From IMG/VR virus record IMGVR_UViG_3300037400_005125, positions 1-64,000 of that record: 64,000 nt of DNA; one strand, given 5' to 3'. Shown piece after piece: positions 56,374 to 64,000 of the stretch (positions are counted from its first letter, which is position 1; every line of letters begins with the position of its first letter). The stretch is from a virus. Lineage: Duplodnaviria > Caudoviricetes. The notes beneath the pieces were generated by a model, which worked only from the letters and a program-made list of their open reading frames with translations, was not told where the DNA came from and did not search any database. A program made the translations under genes and the position numbers.

Positions 56374-56634
56374 ATGAAGATAATTGCTTTAAATGAGTCA
56401 CAGTATAAAAGGCTATTTGAAATTGATTCCTTTGTAAGAAGTGGTGGTGATGAAAACCAGACACCTACATCTGATTTCCACACAAAGGATGAAATTACAA
56501 CAACGGCAAAAATAAATGGAAAAGACGGTAACGTAAAAGACTCTCTTCCACCAGGAGGAATTGGAACTAATGACCCACGTCAGCAAGTTCCAGGTGACAC
56601 ATTATATACTATACACGGTAGAGGATTTAAATAA
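56374..56634 (+). CDS. small protein with leader-like N-terminus (MKIIALNESQYKRLFE)
   Basis: ORF track. Confidence 0.7.
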   Translation: MKIIALNESQYKRLFEIDSFVRSGGDENQTPTSDFHTKDEITTTAKINGKDGNVKDSLPPGGIGTNDPRQQVPGDTLYTIHGRGFK

Positions 56635-57227
56635 TGGCGCTTATATTTGAACTTCAGAACCAGGACAACAAGGTTCACATATCTAAATATGATGCAGACT
56701 TCTTCAAAGGTGTGAAGAATTCTCCTACATTTGATGCCCTTCTATCACAGGGCATCCCTGGAACACGTATAGTTAAGAAACTTGGTGCTGATGATAAAAA
56801 ATATAATGACAAATCATCAAAGAATGATGACAAACAACCAGAGCTTTCAAAAAATTCAACACCTGAAATAACAGCGACAGATGCTTCAACTAACCTTCAG
56901 AGAATAAAGGACGCAAAAAACAAATATGGTGATTCTCCAAAAAATTCAATTATAAACTCTCCTGCTGGAAAGAAAATGGAGGATATATTTAAAAACGTTC
57001 TAAAAATAACTTCAAGAAAAAACAGGCAAGTTCAACCCGTTAAACCAGTAAAGCCAACTGCAAACGGTGGAACTAAAGTTGAACCAGCGAAGGCAAAGGA
57101 AATTGAAATGCCAAAAGGAACTATACGACTTGCAGCATCAGTAGAACCAAAGAAAGTGATGGATGAGGGTAAAAAAATCTATCTGTCTGAGGAACAGCTA
57201 CTTAAAATAAAAGGACAAATAGAATAG
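56634..57227 (+). CDS. hypothetical Lys/Pro-rich protein
   Basis: ORF track; ends with KKIYLSEEQLLKI (leader-like motif at the C-terminus). Confidence 0.65.
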   Translation: MALIFELQNQDNKVHISKYDADFFKGVKNSPTFDALLSQGIPGTRIVKKLGADDKKYNDKSSKNDDKQPELSKNSTPEITATDASTNLQRIKDAKNKYGDSPKNSIINSPAGKKMEDIFKNVLKITSRKNRQVQPVKPVKPTANGGTKVEPAKAKEIEMPKGTIRLAASVEPKKVMDEGKKIYLSEEQLLKIKGQIE

Positions 57228-57231
57228 AGTT

Positions 57232-57675
57232 ATGGCAAAAAATCCAATAGAAAGAACACTTGATAATATTGGCAATGTTGTACAGGATATATTCAATGGT
57301 ACTACAGAACCATCGACAACTAGTAGCAGAGTTACAACTGGTCAGACTTGTCTTGAAAAAATGGGTATGACTCTTAGGGCACAACACCTTAGGCAAAATA
57401 TGTGGAGAAAGAATGATATTGAATATTCAAAGCCACTAGTTCTAGCAGAGTATGCTGTTCAAACAGAGTTTAAAGTTAGCACTGCTGATGAAATGCTTGA
57501 AGAAAGAAAAGAAAGGTTAGAGGAAAAGGAAGCAAAAGCTGCTGCTAAGAAAGAGGAAAAAAGAAAAAAGAAGGAAGAAAAGCTCAAGAAAAAGCAAGAA
57601 AGTGTTGCTGGTGTTCCGAAAGAACAACAGCCAGGTGGTAACAAAACATTAACTGAACCAGTTGAAAAAACTTAA
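57232..57675 (+). CDS. hypothetical protein (GQTCLEKxGM motif)
   Basis: ORF track. Confidence 0.7.
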   Translation: MAKNPIERTLDNIGNVVQDIFNGTTEPSTTSSRVTTGQTCLEKMGMTLRAQHLRQNMWRKNDIEYSKPLVLAEYAVQTEFKVSTADEMLEERKERLEEKEAKAAAKKEEKRKKKEEKLKKKQESVAGVPKEQQPGGNKTLTEPVEKT

Positions 57676-57741
57676 TAATAGCATAATTTATTCTAGAAAC
57701 TATTTATAAGAAAAATAAAATATTTAAAATTTATAGAGAAT

Positions 57742-58161
57742 ATGGCAACAGTAGAAAACGGACAGACCTGTCTTGAGAAGAGGGGTATGGAAGAAAGACA
57801 CCAGGAAATTACACGTAGTGATTATAACATAGAGAATCAGTACGGTGCTACTCACCCAGATGCAATTAGCGACGGTGATGCACAGGGTAAGGGCACTGGT
57901 CACGGTGGTCACACCCATTTCCTTCCAGACTGTACAAAACCAACAACAACCATCAACTACAGCAACTTCGATTCTGAGAATGGTGGTGGATACTACGACA
58001 TTGAAGGTAGAAATGGCATTAGTGGTCGTAAAAGAGCAATGGCTACTTCACTTTACAATAAAGAGGCACAGTACGGTCCAACCCTTGTTGATACAAGCGC
58101 AAACGTGGCAGACGGACAGTATTATGTTGGTCAGCAGATAGGTCAGAAAACAACAAAATAA
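57742..58161 (+). CDS. hypothetical protein (GQTCLEKxGM motif), probably structural
   Basis: ORF track; TATTTATA at 57701-57708. Confidence 0.75.
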   Translation: MATVENGQTCLEKRGMEERHQEITRSDYNIENQYGATHPDAISDGDAQGKGTGHGGHTHFLPDCTKPTTTINYSNFDSENGGGYYDIEGRNGISGRKRAMATSLYNKEAQYGPTLVDTSANVADGQYYVGQQIGQKTTK

Positions 58162-58181
58162 TCTGTAATTAAACAGACGAA

Positions 58182-59099
58182 ATGAGGCATATAGACCTAT
58201 CATTATCTTCAGTGCTTGATAGACTCCTGAACGAAGATATGGTCAAGAGAAGTAACAAACCTGTTGGAAACTATTATTCAACAGTTACCGAACGACTCAA
58301 AGACGCTATCAAGTTCAGGCGTTTTATTAGCTTAAACTACGATGACAGAAAGGGTGATAAGGGTACTGTAAGAAACCCTGATGGTTCTCCTAAATGGGGA
58401 AACCCTAGAGCATATCGTAGACTGATACCTTATGCCCTTTATATAAGTAACCAAAACGGAGAATTGACTCTAAGATGTTTTCATTATAGTAGTAACCATA
58501 CAAAAAGAGGACCTGAAAGATGGAAAGAAATGGTTGTTAATAAAATGAAGAACGTAAGAATACTAAAAGCTGAATTCAGTGAAGAAGACCTCCCAAGTAA
58601 TATTAACAAAGAAGGTGATAAGCATGCTGCTCATCTAATAACGATGGTTGATTTCAGGAGGAATCCACAATCTGAAGAGGATGTATTTATTTCTCCACTT
58701 GAAAGGGAAAGAATGAGATATAGAAATGATAAGAAAGGTTTCTCATCTGAAGATTTATATACAAATCAGCAAGGTCCTGTAAAACAGGTTGTTCCAAATG
58801 TCAAGACTGGCAGAAACTTGAAAACAATGAGAAATCTAGGAAAACCAGGGAAAATTGATTACTCAAAAGCTTACGACGCTTTCAAAAACTCAAATGGAAG
58901 TAATGCATTAAGAGACTGGGATAGAGCTGAAGCTGAAAGGGCTGTTGAAAGAAATGACCAACAAACACAGCAAAACAGACCTGTAACGCCAGTACAAAAC
59001 AATTCTGGACCTGTAAATACTAGAAGAAACGTTAACGATAACGAAGACGAAGAAAACTGGGATGAATATTTAAATAGACCAAACAATAATAATTTCTAA
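58182..59099 (+). CDS. WYL-like domain protein with low-complexity tail
   Basis: LKDAIKFRRFISLNYDD...RRLIPYALY...LRCF...WKEMVVNKMKNVRIL..F. Confidence 0.6.
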   Translation: MRHIDLSLSSVLDRLLNEDMVKRSNKPVGNYYSTVTERLKDAIKFRRFISLNYDDRKGDKGTVRNPDGSPKWGNPRAYRRLIPYALYISNQNGELTLRCFHYSSNHTKRGPERWKEMVVNKMKNVRILKAEFSEEDLPSNINKEGDKHAAHLITMVDFRRNPQSEEDVFISPLERERMRYRNDKKGFSSEDLYTNQQGPVKQVVPNVKTGRNLKTMRNLGKPGKIDYSKAYDAFKNSNGSNALRDWDRAEAERAVERNDQQTQQNRPVTPVQNNSGPVNTRRNVNDNEDEENWDEYLNRPNNNNF

Positions 59100-59111
59100 A
59101 TAAGATAAAAA

Positions 59112-59750
59112 ATGGCAATAAACGCAGAAGAGAGAAAAGCCAGGATTGCAGCAGCAAGAAATAACTCCCTTAGGCTTATGAAAATGGATGCAAATGGCAC
59201 GCTAGATAAGCTTATGGAAGGTAGGGCTGACGATATAAACAATTCACTAATGAGCGACGATGCAAATCTCACCAGTGAAAGCCTTATGAGGGTTAAAAGA
59301 AATACTAGTAGCGAAGGAATTCCTACTGGTAAGATGGGTGTCGCAGCAGCTAATGTTCCGTCAATAATCAGAGAATCATTCAGTAAGAATCCACCAGTTA
59401 GTGAAGAAACAGTAACTTCATCGGTTCTTGATGATATGTTCGGACTTATGGATGTAGAGCCTAAGCAACAAAGGCAACAGATTAGAGAACAAGCTGCACC
59501 AGTACAACAAAGTTACGCAAGTAACGGTGGTGGCGTAGATTACCCAATGATTAGGACTATTGTTGAAGATATTGTTAGAAAATATTCTCAGTCACTAAAA
59601 AAGAACATCATAACAGAAAACAAAGGAACTGAAATTAACACAATAGCATTGGGTAAAAATTTCAAATTCTTGGCAAATGATGGGTCAATATACGAATGTA
59701 CAATGAAAAAAGTTGGTAATATAAACAATAAGAAGAACGTTAACGGATAA
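59112..59750 (+). CDS. hypothetical protein
   Basis: ORF track. Confidence 0.7.
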   Translation: MAINAEERKARIAAARNNSLRLMKMDANGTLDKLMEGRADDINNSLMSDDANLTSESLMRVKRNTSSEGIPTGKMGVAAANVPSIIRESFSKNPPVSEETVTSSVLDDMFGLMDVEPKQQRQQIREQAAPVQQSYASNGGGVDYPMIRTIVEDIVRKYSQSLKKNIITENKGTEINTIALGKNFKFLANDGSIYECTMKKVGNINNKKNVNG

Positions 59751-59764
59751 CGTTCTTTTTTTTT
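59733..59764 (+). terminator. intrinsic terminator
   Basis: AAGAACGTTA-acgga-TAACGTTCTT plus T-run. Confidence 0.85.
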
Positions 59765-59839
59765 ATAATTTCTATTTACTAAACATTTATATCTTTTATT
59801 TTTTCTAAAAACGATAATAAAATTTTTAATATATTAGAA

Positions 59840-61057
59840 ATGGATAAGAAGATTAAAATGTTGGTAATTCCTTCCGACAGGACAGGAGTTGGTAAGTTTA
59901 GGTCAGTTGACCCTCACGTTTACATTGGTGAACATTATGCTGATGAATTTGACGTGGATATTGTTTATGACATGCCAAAAGGCAATCTTGAGGATTTCCT
60001 AAAGCAATATGACCTCATACACATACATAAACAGCTTGATAGTCAATGTAAGGTTATTGACCTTATAAAGTTTCTTGGTATTCCAGTAATCATTGATATT
60101 GATGACCACTTCAAACTTGGAGAAGACCATCCAATGTCTATTACAGCAAAGAAAGAAAGATGGCATGAGCCAATAGTTAACCACCTGAAAAGAGCTGATT
60201 ACGTAACAACAACTACACCTATTTTCGCCAATGTATTGAAGAAGATAAACAAGAATGTTATGGTATTCCCTAATGCCATTAATCCAGAAGAACCTCAATA
60301 CGCAGTTTCAAAGAATCAGGGTGATGATAGACTAAGGGTTGGTATCATCTGTGGTTCTTCTCACTTGAAGGATTTACAACTTATGGATGGTGTTGCAAAA
60401 AAAGTTAATTTGAACAAGGTACAGTTCGTACTCTGTGGGTTCGATACAAGGGGCAATAGAACAATCTATAATCAGCAAACTGGTGAAAAGACAACAAGAC
60501 CAATCCTTCCAGAGGAAAGTGTTTGGTGTGATTATGAAAGGATTTTCACTGATAACTATAAGACGATATCACCAGAGCATAAGGACTTCCTTATGAAGTA
60601 TATGGCTAATGTCGATGACCCATTCACAAATGAACCATATCGTAGAATGTGGACTAGAGATATTAACAACTATGCGACTCATTATCAGAATGTTGATGTA
60701 CTAGTAGCACCACTTAAGGAGAATGAATTTAATGGAGTTAAGTCTGAGTTGAAGGAAATAGAATGTGGTTTTACACACACAGCGTTCATAGGGCAGAACT
60801 TTGGAGCTTATACAATCAATCTAGTACCAATGATTGAGAAGGGTGGAAAAATTAATGAGGAAGGCACTGCACTACTGGTAGATTCATCGAAGAACCATAA
60901 GCAGTGGGCTAAATACATCAATAAGCTTGCAGATGATAGGGATATGTTGAAGAAGTTACAGGATAACCTATATAACTTTGTAAAGGATAGATACTCACTT
61001 GCTGAGATTTGTAAGAAGAGGGTTGAATTTTATAAAAAAATTGTTGGTGCTGAATAA
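59840..61057 (+). CDS. glycosyltransferase (GT-B/GT4-like)
   Basis: DIDD...ADYVTTTT...FPNAI...GIICGSSHLKD...DVLVAPLKENEFNGVKSELKEIE. Confidence 0.85.
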   Translation: MDKKIKMLVIPSDRTGVGKFRSVDPHVYIGEHYADEFDVDIVYDMPKGNLEDFLKQYDLIHIHKQLDSQCKVIDLIKFLGIPVIIDIDDHFKLGEDHPMSITAKKERWHEPIVNHLKRADYVTTTTPIFANVLKKINKNVMVFPNAINPEEPQYAVSKNQGDDRLRVGIICGSSHLKDLQLMDGVAKKVNLNKVQFVLCGFDTRGNRTIYNQQTGEKTTRPILPEESVWCDYERIFTDNYKTISPEHKDFLMKYMANVDDPFTNEPYRRMWTRDINNYATHYQNVDVLVAPLKENEFNGVKSELKEIECGFTHTAFIGQNFGAYTINLVPMIEKGGKINEEGTALLVDSSKNHKQWAKYINKLADDRDMLKKLQDNLYNFVKDRYSLAEICKKRVEFYKKIVGAE

Positions 61058-61064
61058 TAAAAAT

Positions 61065-61090
61065 GGAGGTAGAATTTCTACCTCCTTATT
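61065..61090 (+). terminator. hairpin after the glycosyltransferase
   Basis: GGAGGTAGA-att-TCTACCTCC. Confidence 0.65.
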
Positions 61091-61209
61091 GTTTTTATTG
61101 ATAAATATTATATAATTACTAAATAATAATATATTAAATAATATTAATATATGGCCTATATTATATAATATATATTAAATATTTTCTATTTTAAAAAATT
61201 AGTATATTA

Positions 61210-61241
61210 CTTGTTTTTTTAATATTTTTTATATATCTTTG
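61210..61241 (+). promoter_or_regulatory. Bacteroidota-type promoter
   Basis: CTTG (61210) ... TATCTTTG (61234-61241). Confidence 0.8.
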
Positions 61242-61270
61242 CACAAGTAGAGACGAAAATTAACTTTTTT

Positions 61271-62011
61271 ATGGAATTAAAACCACTTAAACACTACTAC
61301 AGCAAGGAACTTAAAGATTGCCTTCGTGATGGCGATAACAAATACATAAAGGAATATACCACAAATGGATTTAAGAAATCTTACCAGATGTGGAATGATT
61401 ATTCTCATGAATCTATTGATAAGTTCTTCAGCGATTTTATTAAAGAATATCCAGAGGAATATCTAATTGAGAATTGTAAGAAATGTCATCAGGTGATGAG
61501 TCATGTAAACTTCAACAATCTATTTGATATTTTACTCAGAAGACTTGTTATAGATGCTTTCATTGGGTTCAAAGCTGAAGATGTTGTAAGGGAGAATCTT
61601 ATGAAACATGGTAAAAAAATTCATGATTATAAAATTTTATCAAGGAAAAATGAAATTGAACTTGATACAAAATATGGTATCGATATGATGACATTCAATG
61701 ATAATGGGGTTGAAGCATTTTTCCAGGTTAAAAATACATCTACATTCAGTCATGATGGAAATTACATAAAAGGAATAAGAAAAGAGTTCTTTGATAAGGA
61801 GTATCAGGCTAACCAGTACTTTGGTGGTGAAAAGTATAAAATGTTAATTTTTTATATATACGACAAGGACGCATTCATAAACGATGGAGAGTTCAGGTTT
61901 TTTATTAACCCAGCTGTTGATAGATGTGGTTTCTTCCTAGACCATTTAATCAGAAGGGACGGGAGTTTAAAATTGAATGTAAAACAATTAAAATCAAAGG
62001 TATTATCATGA
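61271..62011 (+). CDS. hypothetical protein (possible PD-(D/E)xK-like: GIDMM...FFQVK)
   Basis: ORF track; weak motif. Confidence 0.5.
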   Translation: MELKPLKHYYSKELKDCLRDGDNKYIKEYTTNGFKKSYQMWNDYSHESIDKFFSDFIKEYPEEYLIENCKKCHQVMSHVNFNNLFDILLRRLVIDAFIGFKAEDVVRENLMKHGKKIHDYKILSRKNEIELDTKYGIDMMTFNDNGVEAFFQVKNTSTFSHDGNYIKGIRKEFFDKEYQANQYFGGEKYKMLIFYIYDKDAFINDGEFRFFINPAVDRCGFFLDHLIRRDGSLKLNVKQLKSKVLS

Positions 62012-62574
62012 TTACAGATGAAATTAGAGAAAAAAATTATGCATTGTTTTTGAAAAAGCTTTCACAGTTGGGAATTGATACAAAAGCTCTTGATGAAACA
62101 ATAGGTGATAAATTAAAGAACGGAAGCTTCTCGAACATTAATGATTTCGGTAACGCTTATCCAGGTTCTCTCATTGAGATTGTGCTGAAGGTTCTTACAC
62201 CATATGCAGTAAAACTTAATGAATTGCTTCCAGACGAGCAAAAGGTTGATAAAAACACATTAGTTAAGATTTGCTTATTGCACCACATAGCAAAGGCTAT
62301 AAGATTAGTTCCTAATGATAATGAATGGGAGGTTGAAAAACGTGGGATGGTATACAAGTATGACAGTGGTCAGCCATCTATTAGAACTGGGCTTCATTCA
62401 CTTATAATAGCTCAGAACGCTGGAATACCTTTCACAGCAGAAGAGGCAGAGGCAATGACAACTAATGACAGAGATTTGACAGATGACCAGTCAAGATGGC
62501 ACTCAAGCGTTATGTCAACAATCGTTAGACAGGCTAACGAATTAACTTATATTCAGATTAATCAGAAAAAATAA
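62008..62574 (+). CDS. HD-domain-like protein (degenerate; start adjusted to MITDEIRE)
   Basis: AYPGSLIE...CLLHHIAK...GLHSL...EAEAM...; ATGA overlap with the upstream stop. Confidence 0.55.
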   Translation: MITDEIREKNYALFLKKLSQLGIDTKALDETIGDKLKNGSFSNINDFGNAYPGSLIEIVLKVLTPYAVKLNELLPDEQKVDKNTLVKICLLHHIAKAIRLVPNDNEWEVEKRGMVYKYDSGQPSIRTGLHSLIIAQNAGIPFTAEEAEAMTTNDRDLTDDQSRWHSSVMSTIVRQANELTYIQINQKK

Positions 62575-63215
62575 TGGAAAATAACGATAGAGAGATAATA
62601 CATGGGGATGACAGAAAGGACTTCATGACTCTTGTGAAAGAGGCAATTGGTCAAGCTATATTTGAAGTCAAATTCAAGAAACTTAGAGAAGATGCTGTAA
62701 TTCCCAAATATGCACATGAAGGTGATGTTGGAATGGACTTAACAGCAGTAGATGTTGAATATGATGCTGATAATGATGTTTATGTGTATCACACTGGTCT
62801 CGCATTTGAAACAGATTTACATTATGGCATATTTTTATTTCCAAGAAGTTCAAATAGAAAAACAGAGGCATATCTAGCAAATCACGTTGGTATTGATGAT
62901 TCAGCAACATATAGAGGTGAAATAATGCTTTGTTTCAAAAATAGGACTTCATTGAGGCAGGTTGCACTTGAGAGTAGAATGATATCGTTCTGGAACGCAA
63001 TCGAAGATGGAAAAAGCGTTGAAGAAGCAACTAAAGAAAGTATTAAAGCATGGACTGAAGCAATGAATAACCCAATGTTATTTGCTCCATACAAAGTTGG
63101 TGACAGAGTAGCACAAATGGTTGCATTTGCTTATCCTAACGTTAGGCTTATTCAGAGAGATGAATTGTCCGATACTGCCAGGGGCACAGGTGGATTTGGT
63201 TCAACAGGAAATTAA
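62574..63215 (+). CDS. dut: trimeric dUTPase with insertion
   Basis: GDVGMDL, FPRSSN, GIDDSATYRGEI, RVAQMV, RGTGGFGSTG. Confidence 0.9.
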   Translation: MENNDREIIHGDDRKDFMTLVKEAIGQAIFEVKFKKLREDAVIPKYAHEGDVGMDLTAVDVEYDADNDVYVYHTGLAFETDLHYGIFLFPRSSNRKTEAYLANHVGIDDSATYRGEIMLCFKNRTSLRQVALESRMISFWNAIEDGKSVEEATKESIKAWTEAMNNPMLFAPYKVGDRVAQMVAFAYPNVRLIQRDELSDTARGTGGFGSTGN

Positions 63216-63224
63216 TATAATAAT

Positions 63225-63752
63225 ATGACACCATTACAAGTATTTTTATCTTATGCCAAAATAAGAGGCATAATGCCAGAGTTAATAAAGATTGGTTCTA
63301 GGGAAGCAGTAGACTTTTACAAATATTCAGGAGTAACAGGAAGATACGAAAGGGTTAATGCAAAGTTCCGTGATGTATTTGACAATCATTTTAAAAATCA
63401 CGGATTTGGCTGGACTCTATTCAATTCATTACTTTACAATTTCCGTAATGTAGATACAACATGGGATGATAAATTGGAAAAAGCGCATAGGTTATGGTCT
63501 GGGTTTGTAAGAAACAATACATATCTTGACAATATGAAAGTTGGTGATAAAGTAAAGTTTGTGTCCTGGAACAATGAAAGAGAAGGCACAATTCTTGATA
63601 TATCAAAAGATTATTCCAGGATAAAAGTTGCTTTTGATGTTGGTAGTAGTATTACATTTATAAATTTTGGTAATATTACTGAAATTAACGGAGAAGCGTT
63701 TGAGCCATGCTTTCATATAAAATGGAAAGGAAAAGAATATGGTATTAAGTAA
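63225..63752 (+). CDS. hypothetical protein
   Basis: ORF track. Confidence 0.65.
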   Translation: MTPLQVFLSYAKIRGIMPELIKIGSREAVDFYKYSGVTGRYERVNAKFRDVFDNHFKNHGFGWTLFNSLLYNFRNVDTTWDDKLEKAHRLWSGFVRNNTYLDNMKVGDKVKFVSWNNEREGTILDISKDYSRIKVAFDVGSSITFINFGNITEINGEAFEPCFHIKWKGKEYGIK

Positions 63753-63758
63753 AATTAT

Positions 63759-63792
63759 ATGGTTAAGAGTTGATTCTTAACCATTTTTTTTT
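63759..63792 (+). terminator. intrinsic terminator
   Basis: ATGGTTAAGA-gttgat-TCTTAACCAT plus T-run. Confidence 0.8.
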
Positions 63793-63813
63793 ATTTTTTA
63801 AACAAAAAGTGTT

Positions 63814-64000
63814 ATGGAGACAAATATTGGAGTAATTTTCTGTTCTAAGGAAAAAGATAACGAGAAATTTATAAACCACATTAAGGATACTTGTGGTTGC
63901 GATTGCCATGTATATTCGATACATAATCCAGAAGGTGTTAGCCTTTCTAAGATTTATTCTGATATGCTTAAGTCACCTGATATTCATGAGAATGTAGTGA
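63814..64000 (+). CDS. partial glycosyltransferase-like protein (runs off right edge)
   Basis: Manual translation METNIGVIFCSKEKDNEKFINHIKDTCGCDCHVYSIHNPEGVSLSKIYSDML...; resembles GT2-like N-termini. Confidence 0.5.
   Translation, partial: METNIGVIFCSKEKDNEKFINHIKDTCGCDCHVYSIHNPEGVSLSKIYSDMLKSPDIHENVV

Noticed and set aside
1-64000. Stop-codon reassignment (TAG to Gln, as in Lak and some crAss-like phages)
   Set aside because: All large genes (2158, 1592, 1461, 1208 and 1177 aa) are intact in the standard code. TAG ends about 8 genes at sensible positions. Three are followed by a second stop (2366, 4209, 33523), which is too few to argue for recoding.
1-64000. CRISPR array, tRNA or rRNA genes
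   Set aside because: I saw no regularly spaced direct repeats with unique spacers and no cloverleaf-like sequence. The tandem repeats found are all in-frame coding repeats. A tRNAscan run would be needed to exclude tRNAs formally.

Overview
This window is part of a large, AT-rich, T4-like (contractile-tailed) jumbo phage genome read in the standard genetic code. The host is almost certainly a Bacteroidota: ten promoters match the Bacteroidota consensus (TTTG/CTTG ... TAnnTTTG) with identical spacing. It contains replication and recombination genes (partial RecA/UvsX, thymidine kinase, gp32-like SSB, family-B DNA polymerase with a LAGLIDADG intein, dUTPase). It also contains a tail/baseplate module (sheath, tube and a tube paralogue, tape measure, hub/chaperone, LysM-like wedge, a 2158-aa baseplate protein with two peptidoglycan-hydrolase domains, two fibre-like proteins), three glycosyltransferases, Tpt1/KptA, a SprT protease and several free-standing endonucleases. 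Four observations stand out. (1) A shared helical peptide, (I/L)xLTESDLHxIVKESVxxILxE and variants, occurs on about 10 otherwise unrelated late proteins, including an ADP-ribosyltransferase-like, a zeta-like kinase and a PRTase; it looks like a capsid-targeting, protease-cleaved leader for injected effectors. (2) A 1747-bp cassette carrying an Ig-like+LRR gene is bounded by a perfect 25-bp inverted repeat and flanked on both sides by A-tracts, with no transposase in the window. (3) A GIY-YIG repeat protein is split at an A_AAA_AAG -1 slippery site, and there is a second candidate frameshift in the hub/chaperone pair. (4) A late-promoter-like TATTTAT motif is the reverse complement of the T4 late promoter. 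All protein family calls come from motif recognition by eye; no database search was run.
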